Virus record (IMG/VR): IMGVR_UViG_3300042882_000312
Location: 1 to 56,402 of that record
Length of the DNA: 56,402 nt
Strand: one strand, 5' to 3'
Origin: a virus
Lineage: Duplodnaviria > Caudoviricetes
Every line of letters starts with the position of its first letter. Positions within the stretch are counted from its first letter, which is position 1. The notes under the pieces are model-generated. The model had not been told where the DNA came from. It saw only the letters and a program-made list of their open reading frames with translations, and did no database searches. A program made the translations under genes and the position numbers. Shown piece by piece: positions 27,825 to 36,458 of the stretch.

Positions 27825-28064
27825 TTAGGTCCTCAAGTTGTCCTTGAAGGACTGCCACGCGATGGCTGCGGCGGTGCATGTCGCACCAATGAAAAGAATC
27901 GGCCTGGCGATCTTGCCGAACCAATCAAGCACAAGGAACGCGCCCTGAGCTGCATCAAACGCCTTGACGACGTCAGCGGTGTTCTTCTCGATGCTGTCCA
28001 CCTTCAGCTCCACGGCCAAGAGGCGGTCGTAAATTGCTCGGTGTGATACGTCGACGGATTCCAT
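27825..28064 (-). CDS. Small membrane protein (holin/antiholin candidate)
   Basis: Short coiled coil plus one TM. Confidence 0.65.
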   Translation of the reverse strand: MESVDVSHRAIYDRLLAVELKVDSIEKNTADVVKAFDAAQGAFLVLDWFGKIARPILFIGATCTAAAIAWQSFKDNLRT

Positions 28065-28132
28065 GAGGCAACTTTCGGAAGTTCGTGTATTTCAGTTTTC
28101 TGGATGCGCTGCTTGGGACGCAAAGCCAGACG

Positions 28133-28864
28133 TCAGTTGGTGCGAATGAACTTGATGAACACGGCACCCATATCCAGGTGCCACCATCTTGTTCGGAACG
28201 ATGCTCGACCAGGGTGGTCGTGATGCGTCTTGTGCTGCCATTCGCCGCCAGTCGGGAAGATGAACTCGAGCAGCGGCAAGTCACGAGCACCGCCTTCGCG
28301 GCGATGACTGAGAAGCTGATGGACTACGCCGAACGCTTGAGCAGTCCCCATCGGCATCAGGTAGCCGAAGATGAAGACTGTGGGCGAGATGGCGAACAGG
28401 GCTGCGGCAAAGGCAAACCAGAGCGCAAACCAGTAGCGATGCACGAAGTCCAAAGTCGGGTCGCCAACGACGCTCTTAAAGCGCCCCATCACCATCGGCA
28501 CACTGCGGAACTGCTTGAACAGGACGTACCGCCAGTTCACCTCATGCGGGTCCAGGTCAGTGTCTGAGTGGACATGGTGCGTGGTGTGAGCGGTGGTCCA
28601 AGCGTAGGGAGACCCATAGAGCATGGTCACGCTGTAGTACGCCATGAACTTGTGCCAGAACGGCGTTGTCTTGAAGGCTCCATGCGTGAAGTAGCGATGC
28701 AGGCCAGCGGACACGATCATCGTGTTGAAGTGGTGGACGATGGGCCACAGCAGCAGCCACCAGGCACTCACCTCACCAGAGGCTACCAACCAAAGGCCGA
28801 CAGCGATACCGGCAAGGCCGATCAGGTAGCCGAATCCAACATGCCAACCAGCGTGTTTAATCAC
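28133..28864 (-). CDS. Membrane fatty acid desaturase (delta-9-like)
   Basis: His boxes HRYFTH, HTTHH, HKTHH; D.DPH; several TMs; WWHLD; GTG start with GGAG RBS. Confidence 0.9.
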   Translation of the reverse strand: MIKHAGWHVGFGYLIGLAGIAVGLWLVASGEVSAWWLLLWPIVHHFNTMIVSAGLHRYFTHGAFKTTPFWHKFMAYYSVTMLYGSPYAWTTAHTTHHVHSDTDLDPHEVNWRYVLFKQFRSVPMVMGRFKSVVGDPTLDFVHRYWFALWFAFAAALFAISPTVFIFGYLMPMGTAQAFGVVHQLLSHRREGGARDLPLLEFIFPTGGEWQHKTHHDHPGRASFRTRWWHLDMGAVFIKFIRTN

Positions 28865-29402
28865 GGTCCGCTCCAATCAAAAAACCATAGCAGTCACCGT
28901 CAGCAACCAGTGCGCTGCCGTCATGAACAAATGCGCTGCCGTTGAGGTGTGCGCCAAGCTGACCTGCGCACAAGAGAACGCGAGCTCCGGCAGCAACTGA
29001 AATTGCTTGCCCGCTTGGGATTCGCAGAATCTCGACTTGCGGGAGAGCGCCCCGATTTGCGTGCCAGTTGAAGCACCAGAACTCAAATTCATTCAGCGCT
29101 GTGTGCGTCATCACACCGGCTGGCGTATCTGGCCGATCACCAGAAAACATACCTGGCACCCGTTTGTCAAAGACGGTGCCGTCCTCATGGGTGAAGCTGG
29201 CCTCGCCGCGCACGTACAGCGTCATGTTTGGCGCAGAGCTGCGGCTAACAGCCTGTGTTGCCCGCGTAACCAATTTTCCGCCGGGGGCGAATACATGGCG
29301 ATGCACCTTCCAGCCGAATGCAAGCATCTGCTGCACAAGGGGCTGTTGTGGGCCGACTGGCTTGTCAGCCCTCCAGTCGCGTCGAGTTGGTACTGTCGTC
29401 AT
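28857..29402 (-). CDS. Hypothetical beta-rich protein coupled to the desaturase
   Basis: Overlaps desaturase start; short beta-strand pattern (cupin-like is a guess). Confidence 0.7.
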   Translation of the reverse strand: MTTVPTRRDWRADKPVGPQQPLVQQMLAFGWKVHRHVFAPGGKLVTRATQAVSRSSAPNMTLYVRGEASFTHEDGTVFDKRVPGMFSGDRPDTPAGVMTHTALNEFEFWCFNWHANRGALPQVEILRIPSGQAISVAAGARVLLCAGQLGAHLNGSAFVHDGSALVADGDCYGFLIGADRD

Positions 29403-29411
29403 GGCGCGCCC

Positions 29412-29792
29412 TCACTCGATCTGGCTCAGGTCATACGTAACGGACGGCACGGATGCTGGCTGCGCGAGCTGGAATGAGGGCGTAGCCTTGACCACTTTTG
29501 CATCAACAGCTTTTTGCTCAAGGATTGACTTGTGGATGTCCGTGAGCATGTCGATGAAAGTCTGACCGCCTTCCTTCGTGAGCACCCAATCAGAAACCTG
29601 TGCCGCTGTCACTTGCTCAAACGGCGTGAACTGTTCGATGTTGTCCACATCAAGCAAAGTCTCGCCGCCAGCGATTGACTCGTGGCCGTCTTGGGCGAAG
29701 ACGATCTCCCATTGGACTTTGGCAAGAACATTGCTGAGAGCGCCGTGCGTTGGCAGGGTGAATAGGCCGGTGATATGAAATGTGTGGTTCAT
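29412..29792 (-). CDS. Tail-fibre-associated hypothetical protein
   Basis: Position after fibres; FTPFEQVTAAQVSDWV. Confidence 0.7.
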   Translation of the reverse strand: MNHTFHITGLFTLPTHGALSNVLAKVQWEIVFAQDGHESIAGGETLLDVDNIEQFTPFEQVTAAQVSDWVLTKEGGQTFIDMLTDIHKSILEQKAVDAKVVKATPSFQLAQPASVPSVTYDLSQIE

Positions 29793-30247
29793 GGATTTGC
29801 CGCTCCGTAGAGTTGACTGATGGAAATAGTCCCGCTACTTGGGACGCCAGTGTTGATGGCCTGCTGATACGAGGACGGGTAAGTTCTGTAGATGCCGTAG
29901 AACCAGGTGACCTGGTTGCTTTTGCTTCCGGTAGTCTGAAACTTGTATGTACCTTTAAAATATGTGACGCCGCTTACTGTATAGCTCGTAGGCCCAATGA
30001 CTCCGGTAAAAACGTTGGTGCCGTACCAACGCCCGACGGAGTAACCGTCGCTGGTTTCTGCCCAGTCGGTGGTATTTGGCCAGGTAATGAATGAGTCCCC
30101 ACTTGCGGGTTCCCTGGCCGTGTACCCAACAGTTCTGTTTGCTGGAACGTAAGCGCCGCCACGGTAGTACTCGCTCATTGAGATTGGATTCGCGCCGCCA
30201 AGCGCCGCCTGGACGTTGGCTAAGTTGTACTGCGTTACGGTCCCCAT
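29789..30247 (-). CDS. Putative fibre-tip/adhesin protein
   Basis: NPISMSEYYRGG and PSSGTISISQLYG flank an aromatic-rich, lower-GC core. Confidence 0.6.
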   Translation of the reverse strand: MGTVTQYNLANVQAALGGANPISMSEYYRGGAYVPANRTVGYTAREPASGDSFITWPNTTDWAETSDGYSVGRWYGTNVFTGVIGPTSYTVSGVTYFKGTYKFQTTGSKSNQVTWFYGIYRTYPSSYQQAINTGVPSSGTISISQLYGAANP

Positions 30248-30248
30248 G

Positions 30249-31346
30249 TCAGACCCCCAACTTCTGCTTCAGGGCGACCAGTTCTCGAGCAAGCGCTACG
30301 CACGACGCGAGCGCCGCGTTGCCGTAAGCGACTGAGAGGTTGCCGTCAGAGTCAGTGTGGACCGCGTGCGGAAGTGCTTCGTCGCGCAAGCTTGCAGCGC
30401 CAACGCCCACCTGAGTCTTGCCGGTGTCCTTACGGTCGAATGCACCCATCTTCACTCTGGCTAAGCGCTCAACGAAGTCGTCTGGCAGGTCGCGCCAGTT
30501 CTCTTTCAGACGCTCGTCCGAGTAGGCTGTGATGTCGCCAGCGGCTGTCGTATTGCCTGAGCCGTCGACAGAAAGGAGCACGGTTGATGCGCCGCCGCCA
30601 CCGTTTGTAATGGCAAGGCGGGTGACGCCGTCTGTGTTCAAGTACCAAGCACGCGCCGAGTTGCCCGGGATGTGCATCTCGTACATGGCCAGCGAGCTGT
30701 TGGCGATCACGATTCGCGGTGACGAAAGCGAAAGCAGGCCGCTGAACACCTTGTCGCCGCTAATCGTCTGGGTGCCGATCGTGTACACGCCATTGGTCAC
30801 GGTGGCGGCATTCCCGGCGAGCGATCCGTTGATCGGCAGATTGAATGTAGCCGACCCAAGGAAGGTCGATGTCGAGGAGAACGAAACACCTCCGCCGAAG
30901 CTGACAGCCTCAGAGAATGATGTGGCGGTCGCGAATAAGGTGCTTCCGTAGAACGCGGTCGAACCAGCAAACGAATTGGTCCCGGTAAACGCGTTGTTCT
31001 TTGAGACGATGTCGACGATGGAGTTGATGTCGGCCGCGGTGAGGCGCAGGCCTACTACAGCACCGGCAGAGAAGTCTCTTGCCGTTGTTCCCTCTTGCCC
31101 CCGAATCACATTGCCAAGCACGCCAGAGCCAGACACTCGAGTCCTGACATAGACGATCTCAATGTTGCCCAGCGAGTCCTGCAAGACGGCCTTGAACCAG
31201 TTGTTCAGAGATGGCACAGCACCCGTCCCCACGTTGGCGACAGGGAACGCGTCAGCCATCACAGCGTCGATGGTGAGGCTGGTCGATGACGAGGTAACAG
31301 CCGCCACCAGAAATGCGCGTGCGTTGTTTGAAAATAGCTGAGCCAT
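30249..31346 (-). CDS. Tail fibre 2 with C-terminal S74 intramolecular chaperone
   Basis: EIVYV..RGQEGTTARDF N-terminal module; GDITAYSDERLKENW. Confidence 0.85.
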   Translation of the reverse strand: MAQLFSNNARAFLVAAVTSSSTSLTIDAVMADAFPVANVGTGAVPSLNNWFKAVLQDSLGNIEIVYVRTRVSGSGVLGNVIRGQEGTTARDFSAGAVVGLRLTAADINSIVDIVSKNNAFTGTNSFAGSTAFYGSTLFATATSFSEAVSFGGGVSFSSTSTFLGSATFNLPINGSLAGNAATVTNGVYTIGTQTISGDKVFSGLLSLSSPRIVIANSSLAMYEMHIPGNSARAWYLNTDGVTRLAITNGGGGASTVLLSVDGSGNTTAAGDITAYSDERLKENWRDLPDDFVERLARVKMGAFDRKDTGKTQVGVGAASLRDEALPHAVHTDSDGNLSVAYGNAALASCVALARELVALKQKLGV

Positions 31347-31389
31347 CTAGCTCTCCTTCAATGCTTCAGAATTATCATTGGTGGCCCGC

Positions 31390-33102
31390 TCAAGACTGCA
31401 TTGCTGCGAGCTTTGCTTCGAGGGCGACGACGCGCTTTGCGAGCTCGATCGCGGACACCAGGGCCGCGTTGCCGTAGGTCAATGTCAGAGTCTTGTCGTC
31501 ATCCGCGCCGACAGTAACGACCTCCGGTAGCAGCTCTCTCCAGTCCTGAGCCGAGGAACCGGCCTGGCGATCGCCTGTGTCAATCCTGGTATACGTGCCA
31601 CCCTTGATGCCAGCCAAGCGCTCGACAAAATCAGCAGGCAATGCGGCCCAGTCTTTTTTCAAGCGCTCGTCTGAGTAAGCGGAGACGTTTCCTGCGGCAA
31701 CCATGTCGCCGTTCGGGGCTGAGTACCAAGACCATGCCCCACGGCTCCATCCGCCAAGACCGAAGTAGCCGTCGGCCCTCAGATGCATGTGTATTGCGTA
31801 GGTGCCTGTGCAATGGAATCCGATAGCGGCCACGTTTGCATCGCCCGTGCCACCGTTGTTCCTGAACTCTGCGCTTACCACGCCGCCAGACGTGGTCGAG
31901 CCCGCAACTGGAGCGCTTGTCCATTTGGCGTTTGCGCTGTTGCAGTTTGTTGCCGTAGCAGCGTTGCCGCTCGAGGTGATGTACCCGCTTGGGTTGGTGC
32001 TGTTGTACGGCGTGAAGCCAAGCGCACCCGTCACGTCACCAGAAGACAGGGTCACTGCGCCCGTACGGGTGTTGAAGCTACTCACGCCACCACCGGACCC
32101 GTTAGATGCGGAAGTGATTCGACCCTTTGAGTCAACCGTAAGGCTGACGTTGGTGTAGCTGCCAGCAGTCACGCCGCTGGCGGCAAGCGTGAGCGCGGTG
32201 CTCGAGCCAGTTGAACCCGACCCAGTCACGTCGCCCGTGAACGCCAGCGACCCAGACGGAATGCTCACTGCGACATTGCTAACCGAAGTGATGCGCCCCT
32301 TTGCGTCAACGGCGAGCTGGGGGATGTTTGTTGCATCGCCGTAGGTGCCAGCAGTGACGCCGCTGTTTGCGAGCGTCAGTGAAATGATGGCGTTGCTTGA
32401 GCCGTCAAAACTAGCGGAGCCAGAGGCGTCACCACTTAGCGAGATCAGCCTAGAAGTCGCCAGGGCGGATGCTGTAGAGGCGTTCCCGAGCAGAGACGCA
32501 GTGATTGCGCCAGCGCTGAAGTTCCCGCTGCCATCGCGAAGAACAACAGTGTTGCCGACGTTTGAGCTGGTGCGTACGGCTGCTGGCTCAGTGGCCTCTA
32601 CAAGAACCGCTCCATTATTTGCGTGAGAACGCAAGACATAAGCGATGGCTTGATATGTGCCAGAGCTTGGCTGGGTCGCGCTCAATCCACCGGATGCATT
32701 TGGGTAAACGACCGACCCTTCTGCAAACGAAGATGTGTCAAAGCCCTCGAGCACGCCGGTATTGATAATTGCGCCGAAGTGGCCTGATGCGAGGGTGTCG
32801 TGCGAAAGTCCAATAGCAACATCCAGCGAAGATGATGTTGGGGCGACCTCAAACGCGTTCGCGCCAGAGTTGTAGCCAACAAATTTGACGGGCTGGCCTT
32901 TAGAAATAGCGGCACTTGCCTTGACCTTGAAGTGGATGTGATCCGCGCCAATCGTGTTGGTGATTGAATCAATCGTTTTGTTGGTTAGCGTGCGAACATC
33001 AGCGGGCTCAATCTTGTCGCCGTTAAGGTTCGTGAAGTTGGCATCGACCTCCGCGTTGGTCAGCGGAGACCCCTTGCCAGCGCGGGTGACGATGGTTGCC
33101 AT
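31390..33102 (-). CDS. Tail fibre 1 with C-terminal S74 intramolecular chaperone
   Basis: KGSPLTNAEVDANF; repeated SGVTAGTY..VDAKGRIT; GNVSAYSDERLKKDW. Confidence 0.88.
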   Translation of the reverse strand: MATIVTRAGKGSPLTNAEVDANFTNLNGDKIEPADVRTLTNKTIDSITNTIGADHIHFKVKASAAISKGQPVKFVGYNSGANAFEVAPTSSSLDVAIGLSHDTLASGHFGAIINTGVLEGFDTSSFAEGSVVYPNASGGLSATQPSSGTYQAIAYVLRSHANNGAVLVEATEPAAVRTSSNVGNTVVLRDGSGNFSAGAITASLLGNASTASALATSRLISLSGDASGSASFDGSSNAIISLTLANSGVTAGTYGDATNIPQLAVDAKGRITSVSNVAVSIPSGSLAFTGDVTGSGSTGSSTALTLAASGVTAGSYTNVSLTVDSKGRITSASNGSGGGVSSFNTRTGAVTLSSGDVTGALGFTPYNSTNPSGYITSSGNAATATNCNSANAKWTSAPVAGSTTSGGVVSAEFRNNGGTGDANVAAIGFHCTGTYAIHMHLRADGYFGLGGWSRGAWSWYSAPNGDMVAAGNVSAYSDERLKKDWAALPADFVERLAGIKGGTYTRIDTGDRQAGSSAQDWRELLPEVVTVGADDDKTLTLTYGNAALVSAIELAKRVVALEAKLAAMQS

Positions 33103-33114
33103 TCAGTTCCCCAA

Positions 33115-33564
33115 TCAGGATGCAGTGATGGTCCAGGTGATGGCCATCGCGTCGGCTGCGCCCTTGTTCACCACGGCGAATGTGGTGCGGCACAGCATGG
33201 TTCCGCTGGAGCCAGCGTTGAAGATGCCAGCCTCAACCAAAGCGCCAGTGCCCGTGCCAGCAGGGAAGCTGGCGGTGTAGGTCACCACGTTGGCGGCAGC
33301 GTTTGCGGAAGCCAGAGCTACGCGGCCAGCCTCACCACCCAGGGCGGTGTCGCCAGCAGAGGCGGCGGTGGAGGTTGTGCCAACAGCCATGTGGGTCATC
33401 GCCACAGGGGAGTTGGTGGTGGTCTTCAACATGCTGGCGGCGATGAAGGCCTTGCCAGCGGAGACCACCAGGTTCTTGATCTGGCGGGTGTCCTTGACGT
33501 TGCCGCTCTCATCGAACAGCGTGATCTGGACATCGCCCGTGATCTTGATGGTGTCGTTAATCAT
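33115..33564 (-). CDS. Virion structural protein
   Basis: KNLVV..G..THMAVG..GTGALVEAGIFN..TWTIT. Confidence 0.75.
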   Translation of the reverse strand: MINDTIKITGDVQITLFDESGNVKDTRQIKNLVVSAGKAFIAASMLKTTTNSPVAMTHMAVGTTSTAASAGDTALGGEAGRVALASANAAANVVTYTASFPAGTGTGALVEAGIFNAGSSGTMLCRTTFAVVNKGAADAMAITWTITAS

Positions 33565-33574
33565 GGGATGCTCC

Positions 33575-34480
33575 TTAGAAAGAAATTGCGGTGCCTACGT
33601 AGTCCTGGGCGAAGTACGTCAGGTCACAGTAGTCTTGGGACAGAATGAATCCACTGTCCGTGACGCCAACTGAGTCAGCGAACGCGGGCGCGGTGGACAG
33701 GGTTGCCTCGTCGCTGATGAAAGCGACGTTGCTGAAGGTGGTGGAGAGCGAGAAGTCGAGGCCGTCAGTGGCTCCGAATCCGTCGTTCATTGCGAAGCCG
33801 TCAGACAGCTCCTTGCTGTGGCTGAAGGCGAGATCGTCGATGACTGGCTGGCTGTCGTTGAGCGCCTTCTCGATCGAGAAGACAATCAGGTCGACCATCT
33901 CAGAAGCGTCAGCTACAAGCTTGCTGTAGCTCAGGGTCGCGGCATCATCCAGCGAGTAAGAGTCCGCCAGTGCCTTCGCCGTGGCGATCGACGCCGCATC
34001 AGCCAGCGCCTGGACGTCTGCGAAAGGTTTATCCAGTGAGAGCGCAAGCGCATCAGAGACGATCACCGAGTCGACGGCAGCTTTGGCGATGTCCAGCACC
34101 AGCTCATCGCTGAGGTCGTACTGGTTCGCGAAGTCGCGCAGGAAGATCAGGGTGACAAGGAGGCTTTCCTCGAACGAGACCTGGTCCTCGAGAGCCTTGT
34201 CGACAAGCAGGGCGGCGGCGTCAGCCAGCGAGAACGAGTCCTGTGCTGGCTTCGATAGGGAAAAGACGAGCTGGTCAGTCGTGACGACCGAGTCAGGGAT
34301 GAACTTGAACAGGCCGCTGGTGTCCAGCTCTGCTGAGACGCCGAGCTCGACGTAGGCGATGCTGGACGCCGCGATCGAGTAGCTCACACTGGTCACAGGG
34401 TCGACCACAACCACACTCGCCCTCGGCTTTGCCGAAGCGACTGATGTAGCCGTGGTGTTGCCGGTGACCTTGATCGCCAT
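33575..34480 (-). CDS. Acidic repetitive structural protein
   Basis: ~19-aa K.L.D....D repeats; C-terminal YFAQDYVG. Confidence 0.7.
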   Translation of the reverse strand: MAIKVTGNTTATSVASAKPRASVVVVDPVTSVSYSIAASSIAYVELGVSAELDTSGLFKFIPDSVVTTDQLVFSLSKPAQDSFSLADAAALLVDKALEDQVSFEESLLVTLIFLRDFANQYDLSDELVLDIAKAAVDSVIVSDALALSLDKPFADVQALADAASIATAKALADSYSLDDAATLSYSKLVADASEMVDLIVFSIEKALNDSQPVIDDLAFSHSKELSDGFAMNDGFGATDGLDFSLSTTFSNVAFISDEATLSTAPAFADSVGVTDSGFILSQDYCDLTYFAQDYVGTAISF

Positions 34481-34812
34481 CAGAAGTCTCCGCGCACCTT
34501 GAACTTCAGCAGGTCGAACACGGTCTGGACCTGGCCGTCAGCGAAGGTGATCTCGATCTCACCCTCGTACTCGCCTGGCTCGCCTTGCAGCATTGCCGGG
34601 GCAGACGCCGGGTAGAACGCAACCTGGCCAGCAGCGCCATCAGTGACTGAGCCCGGGACGGTTGCCTGAAGGGTGTCAGCGCCAGCGGCACGGAACTTCA
34701 GCGCCAGGGTTGCGCCAGTGATGTTGATCGGCTGGCCGGTGGTGTCATCCGTGATCGTGCAGACCAGGGCAGGGCGGGTGTCGCCTTGAACGAGCTTGAT
34801 CTTGTCGGCCAT
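34480..34812 (-). CDS. BppU N-terminal-like structural protein
   Basis: QGDTRP..INITGAT..GEYEGEIEITF. Confidence 0.7.
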   Translation of the reverse strand: MADKIKLVQGDTRPALVCTITDDTTGQPINITGATLALKFRAAGADTLQATVPGSVTDGAAGQVAFYPASAPAMLQGEPGEYEGEIEITFADGQVQTVFDLLKFKVRGDF

Positions 34813-34813
34813 C

Positions 34814-35467
34814 TCAAATCTTCCTTAACTTCACGCTCAGGTTCGAGCGCGTATTGCCGTGCAGGGCGCGGCTGCGGGCGACGTTCACACCCTGGTCGAA
34901 CTTGCCCTTGTGGACCGCAGACAACTCTGGGCTGGTGTATGCCTTGCCAGCGCTCGACATCAGGCGATGCAGAGCTCCAGAGGCGATCACCTCGGCGTAG
35001 TCCTCGAAGATGACGTCGTCGATCGCGGTGGATGCGCGGGTGGGCTTGAGCGCCACGCGAAGGGTCAGGCCGCTCGGGTAGCGGCGATCGGGCAGGGGCC
35101 ACACGCTGATCGAGCGCTCCTCTTTCTGGAGGTAGGCCTGCGGAGTGCTGCCGCTGCCTGTGTTGTACGAGGAGAAGAGGCGGTTGTAGACCGACGCCTC
35201 GCGCACCACGTCGGGGGCCATCGGGTCGATCGGGTTGTTCTCGACCCAGGCCTTCTGGACCTTCACCACCAGGTAGCCAGTGGGCGGCTCGAGGTCGTAG
35301 TCACAGATTTTGGGGATCATCGTGATCGGGTCGTGGTCGCGGGTGAGCACCAGGCTCTTCTCGCAGAACTCGATGCAGGCGCTGCGGATGGCCAGCAGGA
35401 CAACGGGCTCTGGCGCACCAGGCACCTCGGTCAGCACGTAGGGGAAGAACGCCTCGTAGTTCGTCAT
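34814..35467 (-). CDS. Head-tail adaptor-like protein
   Basis: Start MTNYEAFF; VPGAP..AIR.ACIEFC; position after capsid. Confidence 0.7.
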   Translation of the reverse strand: MTNYEAFFPYVLTEVPGAPEPVVLLAIRSACIEFCEKSLVLTRDHDPITMIPKICDYDLEPPTGYLVVKVQKAWVENNPIDPMAPDVVREASVYNRLFSSYNTGSGSTPQAYLQKEERSISVWPLPDRRYPSGLTLRVALKPTRASTAIDDVIFEDYAEVIASGALHRLMSSAGKAYTSPELSAVHKGKFDQGVNVARSRALHGNTRSNLSVKLRKI

Positions 35468-36159
35468 GCGACACCCCCGAGCTGCACGGCAGCAGTGTTG
35501 GGCATACCGCCTGCGCGGTTGATGATCGCGGAGTAGGCGTTGTCCTTGGTGAGCTTGACGCCCAGCTTGTTGGCGAATGCAGCCAGGTATGCAGCCTGCT
35601 GCGCGGGATTGGCGGTGTACTCGGTGTCCTTGCCGTAGGAGCGGTACATGACCCAATCAACGATCGGGTCGAAGTACATGTCGGCCATCGCCAGGTCATC
35701 TGTCAAAGAATCGACAGTAGCGGGGCGCTGGGACAGGAGGACTTCGATCTTCGTACCGGCCAGTGCTGGCGGGTAGACGAAGTAGGTGTTCGGTGCGCGA
35801 TCATCCACGGTGAAGTGGCGGACCTCTGCTTTGGCGGCAGCGGAGTGCCAGCTTGGGTCGAACTGGTCGAGGACTTCACGCTCGATCATGCGGATGGCGC
35901 GGCCGGGGGTGAGGCCGTCTTGAGCCACGTTGCGCACGACGTCCATGAGCTTGAAGCAGTCTTCCGGGGTGGCCTGCTTGGTGCCTGCGGCCAACGTAAC
36001 CACGCGCTGAGACGGGCTCGAGTCGGGCCTGGCGACAGCGACGGCGCGTTGCGCGTCGTCAGTCCAGAGGATCAGCTCTTCATCCTCCCAGCGCCGAAGG
36101 CTGGGATCGGTGTCGTTGAGCAAATACCTTGCGCGTGAAATTACGTCAGAGACTTTCAT
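35464..36159 (-). CDS. Head-tail adaptor (DUF6682-like)
   Basis: RW...EL..W.DDAQ, FVYPP, YRSYGKD. Confidence 0.75.
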   Translation of the reverse strand: MKVSDVISRARYLLNDTDPSLRRWEDEELILWTDDAQRAVAVARPDSSPSQRVVTLAAGTKQATPEDCFKLMDVVRNVAQDGLTPGRAIRMIEREVLDQFDPSWHSAAAKAEVRHFTVDDRAPNTYFVYPPALAGTKIEVLLSQRPATVDSLTDDLAMADMYFDPIVDWVMYRSYGKDTEYTANPAQQAAYLAAFANKLGVKLTKDNAYSAIINRAGGMPNTAAVQLGGVA

Positions 36160-36410
36160 GCTTCACTCGTTGCCGTTCTGGGCTTACGTGGAGCCCGTGT
36201 GACCTGTCTGCGAAAAGCTGCCTTAGCAGCCTCCAGCTCCGGGGCTGGCGGCACTTCCGCGCTGGTAGTGGCCTGATTCTCGCTGGTGTTTTCTGGCGCT
36301 TGCACAGGCTCGAGAGCAGGGGTGTAGTCCTCCATGTCGTCGCGAGCAGCGAGGTTGGCGGTCCACACGTAGATGTGGCCAGATGTCTTTTGCTTGAGGA
36401 GTTTTTGCAT
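36156..36410 (-). CDS. Hypothetical protein
   Basis: ATGA-coupled ORF after capsid. Confidence 0.65.
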   Translation of the reverse strand: MQKLLKQKTSGHIYVWTANLAARDDMEDYTPALEPVQAPENTSENQATTSAEVPPAPELEAAKAAFRRQVTRAPRKPRTATSEA

Positions 36411-36442
36411 AAAAAAAGGGAGGGGAGTTACCCCCTCCCCCT
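36411..36442 (-). terminator. Intrinsic terminator after major capsid gene
   Basis: GGGAGGGG/CCCCTCCC hairpin followed by T7 on the minus strand. Confidence 0.75.
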
Positions 36443-36458
36443 CACGGGTTAACGTGGA

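Noticed and set aside
29789-33102. Diversity-generating retroelement or invertible fibre switch
   Set aside because: No reverse transcriptase, no TR/VR pair differing at adenines, no invertase or inverted cassette seen.
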